DNA of 64,000 bases from an uncultured cyanobacterium (GCA_963703315.1 OY969811.1:4000001-4064000); one strand, 5' to 3'. Positions 49,497 through 59,474 are shown, numbered from the stretch's first letter. Notes: a model not told the origin generated them from the sequence alone. Made by a program: numbers and translations.

Positions 49497-50330
49497 ATGG
49501 ATAAACAACAAAGAATTGCTCAAGCTATAAAGGATGTCATATCTAAAATGATGGATCGGGTAATGGATCGTGTTCTAATTACTGATCCTTTTATCAAAGA
49601 AAATCATCGAGCAAACAAACCACTGTACGCAGCGTTAGTTCCTGATGAAATTTTTAAAGGTTCACATTTTGAGAGAAGATTTGTAACTCCATTTGGTCTT
49701 GTATGGGAAAAGTTAGCTCAAGTTGTTGCCCTAGAAGCTTATGGCAATTGCCAAATGGGGTATACAATTAGTGGTACAGTTGGGCAAGAGAGTCTGAGAA
49801 GAATTCAAGAAGTATTAAATAAATTAGAACATAGCAAAGGAAAAAACAAAGTCAAACCTAATTGGAATGAAGAATTACAATATATTCAAGAAGGCGGTGG
49901 TAACCAGATTCCAGTAAGCGTAGTTTGTGATATCTTTATTCAGAACGAAGAAAATGGAAAGCGGTATGCCTTTGAGCTTAAAGCTCCATTACCAAATAGT
50001 GATCAAACAAAAGTAAGCAAAGAGAAGCTATTTAAACTTCTGGCAATGGAACCCAAGTTAGTTGATTACGCATACTTTGCCTTGCCATACAACCCTTATG
50101 GCAAAAAAGAAAACTATAAATGGGACTTTCCGATGCGATGGTTCAATATGCACAAAGATGAATCTGTATTAATAGGCGATGAATTTTGGGATCTGATTGG
50201 AGGGGAAGGCACTTACAACAATTTTATTCAGGAAGTCAATTCATTAGGAAAAGATTACAGAGAACGCATCTATCGTGAATTCTTAGGAATAGAACCACCT
50301 CCAGATTTTGACGAGTATTTGTTGAAGTAG
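49497..50330 (+). CDS. Type II restriction endonuclease, TdeIII-like family
   Basis: FERRFVTPFG..WE.LA, D-x..FELKAPLPNSDQ, ALPYNPYG and LIGDEFWD.IGG motifs; adjacent C5 methyltransferase. The upstream in-frame ATG at 49365 belongs to a DUF29 leader copy. Confidence 0.82.
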   Translation: MDKQQRIAQAIKDVISKMMDRVMDRVLITDPFIKENHRANKPLYAALVPDEIFKGSHFERRFVTPFGLVWEKLAQVVALEAYGNCQMGYTISGTVGQESLRRIQEVLNKLEHSKGKNKVKPNWNEELQYIQEGGGNQIPVSVVCDIFIQNEENGKRYAFELKAPLPNSDQTKVSKEKLFKLLAMEPKLVDYAYFALPYNPYGKKENYKWDFPMRWFNMHKDESVLIGDEFWDLIGGEGTYNNFIQEVNSLGKDYRERIYREFLGIEPPPDFDEYLLK

Positions 50331-50353
50331 AAAAATGTAAGAGGAGATATCAA

Positions 50354-51898
50354 ATGAATAACGCTAAATTTACCTTTATTGATCTTTTTGCTGGAATTGG
50401 CGGCTTTAAAATGGCATTAAGTAATAATGGTGGTCATTGCCTTGGATTTAGTGAAATAGATAAAGATGCAATAAATACATATTGTGACAACTTTCAAGTT
50501 GAATCGAGTTACAACTTAGGGGATATTACAAAAATAAAAGAGTTACCTGAACACGACTTATTAACTGCTGGAGTTCCTTGTCAAAGTTGGTCTATTGCGG
50601 GTAAAAATTTAGGTTTTGATGATGACAGAGGACAGTTATGGAATGACACAATTTACCTACTTCAACAATCTCAGCCCAAAGCCTTTATTTTTGAAAATGT
50701 GAAAGGCTTAGTTGATCCTCGCAATAAAAAAGCTTTATCATACATTTTAGAAAGAATTCAAAAAGCAGGATATTACGCTAATTACTTTGTGATTAACTCA
50801 TTTGATTATGGCGTACCACAAAATAGAATTCGCATATACATAATTGGTTTTAAAGAAAAGAAGTACTTTCAAAGATTTATACTACCTAAATGTATTGACA
50901 AGAAGCTAAAACTTGGCGACATACTAGGTATTGAGCCAAAAAACTCAACAGACAAAAGAATTATGCAAATGGACTTATTTGGAAATGTTGTCGAATCAAA
51001 AACAATGAGTCTTTCAAATACAAATGGGTTTAATGACTATTTTTTATTTAATGATCTTAGGAATGGTCATACAACAATCCATTCATGGGATATTAGTGAA
51101 ACCACTCAGCGACAAAAAGATATTTGTTTGTTATTGCTTAAAAATAGACGTAAAAGCACCTATGGAGAACTTGATGGCAACCCGTTGTCATTAGAACACT
51201 TTCAAAGCCTAGACTCATCCATTAATCAAGATGAAATTAATCAACTGATTGAATTAGAAATCTTAAAGTCCGAAGAGTACAGTTTTACTATAAAAGACTA
51301 TAGTATTAGCAATTTAACAAAAGAAGAAGAAATACTACTTTCATTTGCAAACGATCGCAAAATTATTATTGATAATTTAAATACTCAAAGAATATTTAAA
51401 ACTGAGAAAATATCCATTGAAAAAACTATTGAATCTCTTAAGGGAAAAAGAATTATTGAATGTCATGAGGTTCGTTATGATTTTAAAAATACTAAGATAA
51501 GCACAGGATTATTTGGAGTGAATCGCATATTTTTACCAAGTTCTGACATTTTCCCAACTTTGGTGGCAAGTGACACAAATGATTTCATAACTTTAAAAAC
51601 TATAGAAGCCTCAAATCATGAGGAATTTAAAAATAAATTTATCCAAGAAATTTATAAGCCTAAAGCATTTAGAAAGATTACTAAAAGTGAAGCTTGTTTA
51701 ATACAGGGATTCCCTAAAGATTTTAAGTTGCCAGAATCAAGAGCAAAATGGATGAAGTTAATCGGTAATAGCGTTTCAGTTCCTGTAATCGATAAGTTAT
51801 GCAAAGCAATTATTGAAACTGGTGTATTTGAAAATAGGCAAACTATTAGCTTGGACAGTATCAATGATGAGAAATTAGTTATTTCTCTTTGTGCTTAG
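50354..51898 (+). CDS. DNA (cytosine-5)-methyltransferase
   Basis: Motifs FIDLFAGIGG, GVPCQ, ENVKGL, PQNRIR, QGFP and IGNSV; RBS gaggag. Confidence 0.95.
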   Translation: MNNAKFTFIDLFAGIGGFKMALSNNGGHCLGFSEIDKDAINTYCDNFQVESSYNLGDITKIKELPEHDLLTAGVPCQSWSIAGKNLGFDDDRGQLWNDTIYLLQQSQPKAFIFENVKGLVDPRNKKALSYILERIQKAGYYANYFVINSFDYGVPQNRIRIYIIGFKEKKYFQRFILPKCIDKKLKLGDILGIEPKNSTDKRIMQMDLFGNVVESKTMSLSNTNGFNDYFLFNDLRNGHTTIHSWDISETTQRQKDICLLLLKNRRKSTYGELDGNPLSLEHFQSLDSSINQDEINQLIELEILKSEEYSFTIKDYSISNLTKEEEILLSFANDRKIIIDNLNTQRIFKTEKISIEKTIESLKGKRIIECHEVRYDFKNTKISTGLFGVNRIFLPSSDIFPTLVASDTNDFITLKTIEASNHEEFKNKFIQEIYKPKAFRKITKSEACLIQGFPKDFKLPESRAKWMKLIGNSVSVPVIDKLCKAIIETGVFENRQTISLDSINDEKLVISLCA

Positions 51899-51927
51899 CA
51901 TCTTTTTAAATAAGTAGACAAAAAATT

Positions 51928-51993
51928 GTGATCAAAACTCAAATTTTAGAAGCAATCAAACAAATGCCGAATAGCGATCGCCTAAACCTATGA
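51928..51993 (+). pseudogene. 5' stub of a small antitoxin-like gene truncated at a HIP1 site
   Basis: GTG-IKTQILEAIKQMPNSDR, with the join to the repeat at GCGATCGC 51974-51981. Confidence 0.45.
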
Positions 51994-52313
51994 CTAAACC
52001 TATTGAACAAAAAATAAAATCACTCGCTCGTGCAGACGTTATGCAAACGCTCTCCATGCATCGCCATGAACTAAAAAGACTCGGCGTAAAATCTTTGCGA
52101 CTATTTGGCTCTGTCGCAAGAGATGAGGCAAGACCTGATAGCGATATTGATTTCTTAGTTGAGTTTGTTAACGATCCCTCATTCTTTGAACTATTTGAAG
52201 TGCAATATTTTCTTGAAGATTTATTCCATTGTAAAATTGATTTAGGAATGGAAGAATCATTAAAAGAACATTTAAGAGAGCCAGTACTCAAGGATGTGAT
52301 CCATGCCCTCTAG
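51990..52313 (+). CDS. MNT (MntA-like) antitoxin
   Basis: GVKSL.LFGSVARDEARPDSDIDFLVEF..LEDLF..KIDL. Confidence 0.9.
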   Translation: MTKPIEQKIKSLARADVMQTLSMHRHELKRLGVKSLRLFGSVARDEARPDSDIDFLVEFVNDPSFFELFEVQYFLEDLFHCKIDLGMEESLKEHLREPVLKDVIHAL

Positions 52314-52644
52314 AGACTGGCAACTAAGAATCGCAGATATTCTGCAAGCTGTTCAAGATATTGAGCAATTCACACAGGAGATGACCTTTGAAGAATTTAG
52401 CAATAACAAGATGGTTGTCCAATCCGTACTTTACAACTTCGTGATTATTGGTGAAGCATCCGCTAACATACCTGATGAAATCCAATCACTCGATCCCACA
52501 ATTCCTTGGCGTAAAATGAGCGATATGCGTAACGTGATGGCTCATGAGTATTTTCAAGTAAATCTTTCTATCGTTTGGCAAACAATTCACAGAAATTTAC
52601 CACCAATTTTACCAAAACTGGAAAATCTCATAGAGAATTCATGA
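52303..52644 (+). CDS. HEPN (HepT/DUF86) ribonuclease toxin
   Basis: IIGEA..IPW.KM..MRNVMAHEYF.V...IVW (Rx4HxY motif). Confidence 0.92.
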   Translation: MPSRDWQLRIADILQAVQDIEQFTQEMTFEEFSNNKMVVQSVLYNFVIIGEASANIPDEIQSLDPTIPWRKMSDMRNVMAHEYFQVNLSIVWQTIHRNLPPILPKLENLIENS

Positions 52645-52868
52645 TGCTAAACCTATACCCCAGACAATTGATCAAAAAACAACGCTGTGCGATCGCGATC
52701 GCAATTTGTGGTTAGGAGAAGCGAATCTCTGGGACAAGAGCGCTATATGCTCCTTACATTTTGACACTTTAACGTACCAAAAATGATACAATAATAAAAT
52801 CAAATTTAAGTACTCACTTATTTACCACTTGATTTCTATCTTTTGTGAGCTTCTGCTGTAATTTTCCT

Positions 52869-53225
52869 ATGAGCAATATTAAGAGAATTAAAGCAAGCTT
52901 TTTCAAAACCGAATCTGGTAAAGAACCTGTTAGGGATTGGCTGATGACTTTATCGAAAGAAGATAGACAAAAAATAGGAGAAGATATTAAAACAATTGAG
53001 TTTGGATTTCCTATCGGAATGCCTACCTGTCGCCCTATGGGTAAAGGATTGTATGAGGTGCGTACTAACCTTGAGAATACGATTACCAGAGTTTTGTTTT
53101 GTGTGGAAGGAGAGCAAATGATTCTTTTACACGGGTTTACTAAGAAAACGCAAAAAACACCTAAGGAAGATTTGAATTTAGCCATCAAGCGACAAACTGA
53201 GTTTAAGAACAAAATTAGGAGTTAA
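52869..53225 (+). CDS. RelE/HigB-like (phage Gp49-type) toxin
   Basis: F.TESG.EPVRDWL..GLYEVRTNL....RVLF..ILLHGF.KKTQKTP..DL.LA..R. ATG at 52869 preferred. Confidence 0.88.
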   Translation: MSNIKRIKASFFKTESGKEPVRDWLMTLSKEDRQKIGEDIKTIEFGFPIGMPTCRPMGKGLYEVRTNLENTITRVLFCVEGEQMILLHGFTKKTQKTPKEDLNLAIKRQTEFKNKIRS

Positions 53226-53227
53226 CC

Positions 53228-53521
53228 ATGTCTAACAATTGTCATTTAGGTTCTGCTTTTGATGACTTTCTAGAACAGGAAGGAATTTTAAATGAAGTAA
53301 CAGAAATTGCGCTGAAGCGGGTCTTGGCTTGGCAAGTTGAGCAAGCAATGAAGGAACGGGGCTTAACTAAGTCCAAGATGGCTAAGTCTATGCAAACTAG
53401 CCGTGCGGCGCTAGATAGACTTCTTGATCCTGAGTATGATTCTGTAACTCTACGAACTTTAGATAAGGCAGCTAGAGCAGTGGGTAAAAGAATTAAGATA
53501 GATTTGGTTGATGTTATCTAA
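53228..53521 (+). CDS. XRE-family HTH antitoxin
   Basis: H.GS.FDDFL.QEG..ALKRVLAWQ..MAKSMQTSRAALDRLLDP...VTL.TL.KAA. Confidence 0.88.
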   Translation: MSNNCHLGSAFDDFLEQEGILNEVTEIALKRVLAWQVEQAMKERGLTKSKMAKSMQTSRAALDRLLDPEYDSVTLRTLDKAARAVGKRIKIDLVDVI

Positions 53522-53816
53522 ATGATTCGATTCCCTTAATAAAACCCATGCCCCATACTATTGAGCAAAAAATAACCCTGTGCGATCGCGATCGCAGTTT
53601 GTGGTTATCGAAGAGGCGATCGCGAAGTTAAAAGCTGGTGATTTTCAAAATCTCGATGTCGAAAACGAGGTAGGTCAATTAAAAATTCTCAACGATCGCA
53701 CCCGAGCCTCAGCAAACTAGCAAATAACTTTTTCCTAACCACAGAGTTGTCACTTACCAATATTTCATGTAAGAATTCATGGGATATTTTGTGCTTGTGA
53801 CAAGGGATTAGGAATT

Positions 53817-55313
53817 ATGCGTTTAGGACAATTGCTCGCGTTAGCAGGGTATCAAAATTCTCAGCCTGAATTAGATGGGCTAGAAGTAAAGCGTGTAATT
53901 ACCGATTCGCGGGCTTGCCAAGATGGGGACTTGTTTATCGGCATGACGGGTACACAGGTAGATGGCGGCAAATTTGCACCACAGGCGATCGCACAGGGCG
54001 CGATCGCGGCGATTATTTCTCATGAGGCTTATGCAAATTTGACGATTAAGGACAAAGCGATCGCCGTTGATGATGTGGTTGTCGCTTGCAGCAAATTGGC
54101 GACCGCATTTTATGACTACCCTGCTCAAAAGCTAAAACTGGTGGGCGTGACGGGGACTAATGGTAAAACCACCACCACCCACTTGATCGAGTTTTTATTG
54201 CAAACTCAGTATGCAGCCGCTTTGTTTGGGACTTTGTATACACGCTGGGCAGGCTATTCCAAAACTGCGAGTCATACCACCCCCTTTGCGGTGGACTTAC
54301 AGGCACAACTAGCTGAGGCGATCGCGGCGGGGTGCGATGTGGGCTTGATGGAGGTTAGCTCCCATGCTTTAGACCAACGGCGTGTGTTAGGTTGCCCCTT
54401 TGAGGTGGCAGTATTTACCAACTTAACCCAAGACCATTTGGACTACCACAAAGACCTAGAGTCTTATTTTCAGGCAAAGGCTTTGCTGTTTAGCGATACC
54501 TATTTGCAAGGTCGTGCCATTATTAATTTGGATGATCCCTTTGGACAGAGACTAGTACAGAGCCTTACGGACAAACCAGTTTGGACTTACAGCATTAGCA
54601 ATTCTCAAGCCGATTTTTATACCGAGAATTTGACCTATTTACCTAATGGCGCAACAGGTATTTTACACACGCCACAGGGGGGGATCACTTTTAATTCACC
54701 TTTAGTCGGTCGCTTTAATGTCGAGAATATCTTGGCAGCGATCGCTACGGCTTTGCATCTAGGGCTGAGCTTGGAAGAAGTAATTAGCCGTTTACCACAA
54801 TTTAAGAGCGTGCCTGGGCGTGTAGAACGGGTGCAGGTTAGCGATGATCAAGATGTCACGGTGGTGGTGGACTACGCCCATACTCCTGACAGTCTCGAAA
54901 ATTTACTCAAGGCAATGCGCCCCTTTACCCAACGTGACTTAATTTGTGTATTTGGCTGTGGCGGCGATCGCGATCGCACTAAGCGTCCGCTTATGGGTGG
55001 GATCACCGCTAGACTTGCTGATCGCGTTTATGTCACTTCTGATAATCCCCGTACCGAAGATCCCCAACGCATCCTTGATGATGTCGTGGTGGGCGTAATG
55101 GCGGATATTGGCGACAAACCCTTGACTATTGAGGGCGATCGCCGTAAATGTATTCAAACTGCTATTGCTGAAGCTCAATCAGGGGATACAATCCTGATTG
55201 CGGGGAAAGGACATGAAGACTATCAAATTATCGGACATGAGAAAATCCATTTTGATGATCGAGAGGAGGCGCATTTAGCTTTAATCAATCGTCAAAGTTC
55301 AAATCTTCGTTAG
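53817..55313 (+). CDS. murE: UDP-N-acetylmuramoyl-L-alanyl-D-glutamate--2,6-diaminopimelate ligase
   Basis: GVTGTNGKTT, MEVSSHAL, TNLTQDHLDYH, DYAHTPD, SDNPR and GKGHE motifs. Confidence 0.96.
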   Translation: MRLGQLLALAGYQNSQPELDGLEVKRVITDSRACQDGDLFIGMTGTQVDGGKFAPQAIAQGAIAAIISHEAYANLTIKDKAIAVDDVVVACSKLATAFYDYPAQKLKLVGVTGTNGKTTTTHLIEFLLQTQYAAALFGTLYTRWAGYSKTASHTTPFAVDLQAQLAEAIAAGCDVGLMEVSSHALDQRRVLGCPFEVAVFTNLTQDHLDYHKDLESYFQAKALLFSDTYLQGRAIINLDDPFGQRLVQSLTDKPVWTYSISNSQADFYTENLTYLPNGATGILHTPQGGITFNSPLVGRFNVENILAAIATALHLGLSLEEVISRLPQFKSVPGRVERVQVSDDQDVTVVVDYAHTPDSLENLLKAMRPFTQRDLICVFGCGGDRDRTKRPLMGGITARLADRVYVTSDNPRTEDPQRILDDVVVGVMADIGDKPLTIEGDRRKCIQTAIAEAQSGDTILIAGKGHEDYQIIGHEKIHFDDREEAHLALINRQSSNLR

Positions 55314-55665
55314 CTTAAATCGATCGCTATTTAAGGGGAAATAATGCTCAGATGACAGGCAAATCCTAGGCAAAAACACGTAAAGAGGATCGGTTATGAT
55401 GCAAAAGGAAGTATATTCAAAACCAAATCGAGTTTATCAAAGCTAGACTCATCTTAATATTTAGTTGTGATATTTAGTACTCCCTGATACCTTGTCTTAC
55501 ATCCTAAAAATAGCTTGGCTACTTTTAGAATGTAAGACAAGATCTAGATCGAGATCTGTTCATCTATTCCATGTTGGTCAGTTCTCTAGAGTACAGATTA
55601 GTGATATATCACTCAGCTAATCTACATCAGACCACTTTGGTAAAAGTTTAGGAAGAAGTAGCTAC

Positions 55666-58600
55666 ATGGGTTCGCGCATTGCCCCCAAACCTAAATTGTT
55701 AGTTATCGATGATGAACCCGATAACTTAGATTTGCTATTTCGGACTTTTTATCGAGATTATCAAGTCTTTCGAGCCAATGGTGGTCTAGAAGCGTTGGAA
55801 TTACTGGATCGCGAGGGGGAAGTTGCGGTAATTATCTCTGATCAGAGAATGCCGATCATGAGTGGAACGGAATTTTTGAGCCAAATGGCGGTGAAATATC
55901 CAGACACCATGCGGATTATTTTGACAGGCTATACCGATGTTGAAGATTTAGTCGAAGCAATTAATACTTGCAAAGTCTTCAAATATGTCACGAAACCTTG
56001 GGATGAAGGAGAACTCAAAAATGTAGTCAGTCAGGCGATCGATACTCATAATGTATTGCGAAATCGGACTGCGGAACTGCGACGTACTTTACGTCAACAG
56101 TCACTCCTCAATGCGATCGCCTCCTCTGTCGATAGTGCGGCTCCCTATCATGAAAGTATTGCCGCGATCGCCGAATCAATTGCCCGTAACTTTGAAGTTT
56201 CAGGCAGTATCCTGCGACTATTTGAGAATAATGAACTTACTCAAGACTATTCCGCTTATTCGCAATCAGCCGATGATCCTAGCCTTGATTTATCCGAACT
56301 AGCGCAAGTCATCACTTTGCAGTCAAAAATCGTAGTGATCAACGATATTGCTAATGATCAGCGTATTTCGGAAACTGATAAATTGATTTATAACCAGCTC
56401 AATATCAAATCAGTTTTGTTTGTCCCTCTCGAAGTGCAGCAAGAATGCTTGGCAATGCTGGCGCTCTATCATTGCGAAATTCCACATTTGTGGAGTAGTG
56501 ATGAACTAGATTTAATTGAGTTAGCTGCTGACCAAGCGGCGATCGTCACTTCCCGCGCTAGAGCCTATGATCGCATTCAGGAACTTGCTAAGCGAGAATC
56601 ATTACTGAATACAATTACTAGTACAATTCGTTCTAGTCTTGAACCCCAAAAGATATTTGCCTCCATTACCCAACAGTTAGGACAAGCCTTAAACGCAGAA
56701 AGCTGTGCTTTGTCATTATGGACAGAAGAAGAACATTACTTGCGTTGTGTGGGACTCCATTTACTCGATCCCGATGAAGCGGCGAAAAACACAATTAAGT
56801 TCGATGAAGCAGAATTACCACAATCAATCGTCAATATTGGCATTAATCCTGTTTTTCGAGCTTTGATTGAATCCAAGCAACCTGTCGCGATCACCGATTT
56901 ACTCGAAAGCCCAGAATGGAATATGGCAGATTTGCCATTGCGCTCAACTTCGCGATCGCTACTGATTGTGCCACTACTGTCCGATGGCAAGATTATTGGC
57001 AGTATTTCCATGCGTCAAAACCAGCATCCCCGTCAATGGAAACCTGAAGAAATCTCTCTAGTCCAAGCAGTTGCCGCTCAAGCGGCGATCGCTGTCCAGC
57101 AAGCTAATCTCTTTCAAACAACGCGCCAACAAGCTCAGCAACTACTAGAACTCGATCGCCAAAAAACTGAATTCTTTCAAAATCTTTCCCATGAGTTTCG
57201 CACACCGCTAACCCTAACGATTGGACCTTTAGAAGCCGCGATCGAGCAATCACTACCTCTACCCTACGATCAATCAGTAATTGCTTTACGAAACTGTCGT
57301 CGTCTATTGCGCCTAGTCAATCAACTGCTAGATATTCAGCGTCTTGATGCTGGTAAGATGCAATCTTGCTTCCGACCCTGTAGCCTCATTGAATTTGCCA
57401 GCCAAACTATTGAATCTTTTCGACCCTATTGCGATCGCAAAAATATTCATCTATTTAGCGAATTTAGTGAAGAATGTCCTGAAATTTATTTGGACTTAGA
57501 GAAGTTTGATAAAGTTCTCTATAACTTGCTGTCTAATGCGATGAAATTCACTCCCAGTAATGGCAGTATCACCGTGCATATTGGTATAGATAGCATGGGA
57601 GAACACTGTATTCTCAGCGTTCGCGATACGGGAATTGGGATTCGTGAAGATCAACTTCCCTTTCTATTTGATCGCTTTCGTCAAGCGGAAGGCTCAGTTA
57701 ACCGTAGCTATGAGGGCAGTGGTTTAGGCTTAGCACTGGTTAAAGAACTAGTCAATCTGCATGGTGGTAGTATTTCTGTCTCCTCCGACTATGGCTATGG
57801 TACTACCTTCACTATCTCTATTCCCACAGGTAAAGCGCATCTACCTGCTGAACAAGTTACCAACTTACCTGCGGACTTGCAATTATCACGAGCAGCTATT
57901 GAATTAGCAGATCTAGAAATAGATGGTAATTTGGAAGAAGATGCGATCGCGATTGACAATGATCACGAAGATTTTGACAACACTACTCAAACGGGCAAAA
58001 TCTTAGTCGTTGATGATAATCGGGATCTGCGCGGGTATTTGCTGCGCGTGCTTAACCAAGCTGGCTATAGCGTGATCCTTGCCCGTAATGGCTCTCAGGG
58101 CTATGTCAAAGCGAAACAACATCAGCCTGATTTGATTGTGACGGATTTGATGATGCCTCAAGTCTCAGGTTTAGATTTAATTGCCCTAATTCGCCAAGAT
58201 GAGCATTTATCAGGTACTCCCATAATTTTGCTAACTGCTAAGGCTAATGAAGAGACCCGCATCGAAGGTACGGAAATGGGTGCTGATGGCTATTTAGCTA
58301 AGCCTTTTAACGATCGCGAACTGTTAGCAGAAGTTCGTAATTTATTAGCTCTCAAAAATAATGAACGTCGTGTTGCCCAACTCAATCTTTATTTAACAGA
58401 ATCAGTACTAAAACGTTTTCTCCCACCGAGTCTAGTTTCCAAAGCTGCCACAGGGGAACTGAGCCTTGATTTACATCCCGAACCAAAGATGATCACGGTT
58501 CTTTTTACCGATATTGTCGGCTTTACTTCTTTATCCAATACGTTGCGATCGCTCCGTGTTGCCGAACTGCTCAATCAATATTTAGGAGCCATGACCGAAG

Positions 58601-59037
58601 CTATTTTTGCCAATGGCGGTACGGTGGATAAGTTTATGGGCGATGGCATCATGGCGCTGTTTGGCGCTCCTGAAGATTGTAGCCCCAATGAGCAAGTCCG
58701 CCGCGCTGTGCAAACAGCCAAAGATATGCAGCGATCGCTGGCTAAGCTCAATAAACAATGGCAAACCCAAGGGATTCCCCAAGTCAAGTTTCGCTGCGGT
58801 ATTCATCAAGGTACGGCGGTAGTGGGAATGTTCGGTAGTGCGGAGCGTGCAGACTATACCGCGATCGGTCCAACGGTAAATATTGCGGCACGGATTCAAG
58901 CTGCTGCCGAACCTGACTGTATTCTCGTTTCCGCCGCCGTAGCTGACTATCTCAATGAGGAGGAACTGCGTAAACGTGAACCACTCAAGCTCAAGGGGGT
59001 CGATGAGACTGTGTTGACTTTCTTTGTAGACAGTTAG
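55666..59037 (+). CDS. cyaC: Hybrid sensor kinase/adenylate cyclase CyaC (REC-GAF-GAF-HisKA-HATPase-REC-cyclase)
   Basis: SDQRMP receiver, SHEFRTPL, G.GLGL, TDLMMP, and FTDIVGFT..DKFMGD..VNIAARIQ cyclase motifs. Confidence 0.92.
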   Translation: MGSRIAPKPKLLVIDDEPDNLDLLFRTFYRDYQVFRANGGLEALELLDREGEVAVIISDQRMPIMSGTEFLSQMAVKYPDTMRIILTGYTDVEDLVEAINTCKVFKYVTKPWDEGELKNVVSQAIDTHNVLRNRTAELRRTLRQQSLLNAIASSVDSAAPYHESIAAIAESIARNFEVSGSILRLFENNELTQDYSAYSQSADDPSLDLSELAQVITLQSKIVVINDIANDQRISETDKLIYNQLNIKSVLFVPLEVQQECLAMLALYHCEIPHLWSSDELDLIELAADQAAIVTSRARAYDRIQELAKRESLLNTITSTIRSSLEPQKIFASITQQLGQALNAESCALSLWTEEEHYLRCVGLHLLDPDEAAKNTIKFDEAELPQSIVNIGINPVFRALIESKQPVAITDLLESPEWNMADLPLRSTSRSLLIVPLLSDGKIIGSISMRQNQHPRQWKPEEISLVQAVAAQAAIAVQQANLFQTTRQQAQQLLELDRQKTEFFQNLSHEFRTPLTLTIGPLEAAIEQSLPLPYDQSVIALRNCRRLLRLVNQLLDIQRLDAGKMQSCFRPCSLIEFASQTIESFRPYCDRKNIHLFSEFSEECPEIYLDLEKFDKVLYNLLSNAMKFTPSNGSITVHIGIDSMGEHCILSVRDTGIGIREDQLPFLFDRFRQAEGSVNRSYEGSGLGLALVKELVNLHGGSISVSSDYGYGTTFTISIPTGKAHLPAEQVTNLPADLQLSRAAIELADLEIDGNLEEDAIAIDNDHEDFDNTTQTGKILVVDDNRDLRGYLLRVLNQAGYSVILARNGSQGYVKAKQHQPDLIVTDLMMPQVSGLDLIALIRQDEHLSGTPIILLTAKANEETRIEGTEMGADGYLAKPFNDRELLAEVRNLLALKNNERRVAQLNLYLTESVLKRFLPPSLVSKAATGELSLDLHPEPKMITVLFTDIVGFTSLSNTLRSLRVAELLNQYLGAMTEAIFANGGTVDKFMGDGIMALFGAPEDCSPNEQVRRAVQTAKDMQRSLAKLNKQWQTQGIPQVKFRCGIHQGTAVVGMFGSAERADYTAIGPTVNIAARIQAAAEPDCILVSAAVADYLNEEELRKREPLKLKGVDETVLTFFVDS

Positions 59038-59143
59038 GTTTCTGCGACTTAATGGCGGCGCGAAGCGCCGCTATAGCTCTTTATGTAGGTACAGCCAAGT
59101 CGGTATACATACCTTTAGTTAGATTCGCATTTTGAAATACTTT

Positions 59144-59161
59144 GTTATATTTCTTTACATA
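59144..59161 (+). promoter_or_regulatory. HLR1-like (RpaB-binding) direct repeat
   Basis: GTTATATT-TC-TTTACATA upstream of the hli gene, close to (G/T)TTACA(T/A)(T/A)-N2-(G/T)TTACA(T/A)(T/A). Confidence 0.7.
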
Positions 59162-59186
59162 AGGAATTCAAACGAAGGAAAAAGCA

Positions 59187-59396
59187 ATGACTAACAGCTA
59201 CAGAGTTGACGAACGCGGTGTACTTAACAACTTCGCAATTGAACCAAAAATGTATGTTGATGATACTGACAAAGCTGGTTTTACACCTTATGCCGAATTA
59301 CTAAACGGTAGACTTGCCATGATTGGTTTTGTCTCTCTCCTAATTCTTGAAGCTGCTACGGGGCATGGATTAATTTGGTGGCTTGGAAATCTATAA
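59187..59396 (+). CDS. hli: High-light-inducible protein (HLIP)
   Basis: [11 protein letters not shown] and [18 protein letters not shown] chlorophyll-binding motif. Confidence 0.93.
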   Translation: MTNSYRVDERGVLNNFAIEPKMYVDDTDKAGFTPYAELLNGRLAMIGFVSLLILEAATGHGLIWWLGNL

Positions 59397-59449
59397 ATTC
59401 TGAATGTTTCCAATCAAAATGTTTGAGACAAAGTAAAAACGATTCTTTA

Positions 59450-59474
59450 ACCCTACCAATGGTAGGGTTTTTTT
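59450..59474 (+). terminator. Intrinsic terminator after hli copy 1
   Basis: accctacca-a-tggtagggt followed by a T-run; equivalent element at ~60354-60378. Confidence 0.7.

Larger units (their letters stand above)
48850..53666 (+). repeat. Five copies of a DUF29-leader/HIP1 repeat (48850-48945, 49344-49436, 51974-52020, 52647-52724, 53541-53666)
   Basis: Consensus ctaaacctatgccccagactattgagcaaaaa..ct(a/g)t(a/g)cgatcgcgatcgcaatttgtggttagaagaggcgatc. Confidence 0.9.

Noticed and set aside
48850..53666. CRISPR array or classical integron interpretation of the repeats
   Set aside because: Spacers are gene-sized and irregular, there are no cas genes, no attC-like RYYYAAC..GTTRRRY structure was recognised, and no integrase lies in the window.
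59085..59110. Possible NtcA site upstream of hli
   Set aside because: Spacing does not fit GTA-N8-TAC.
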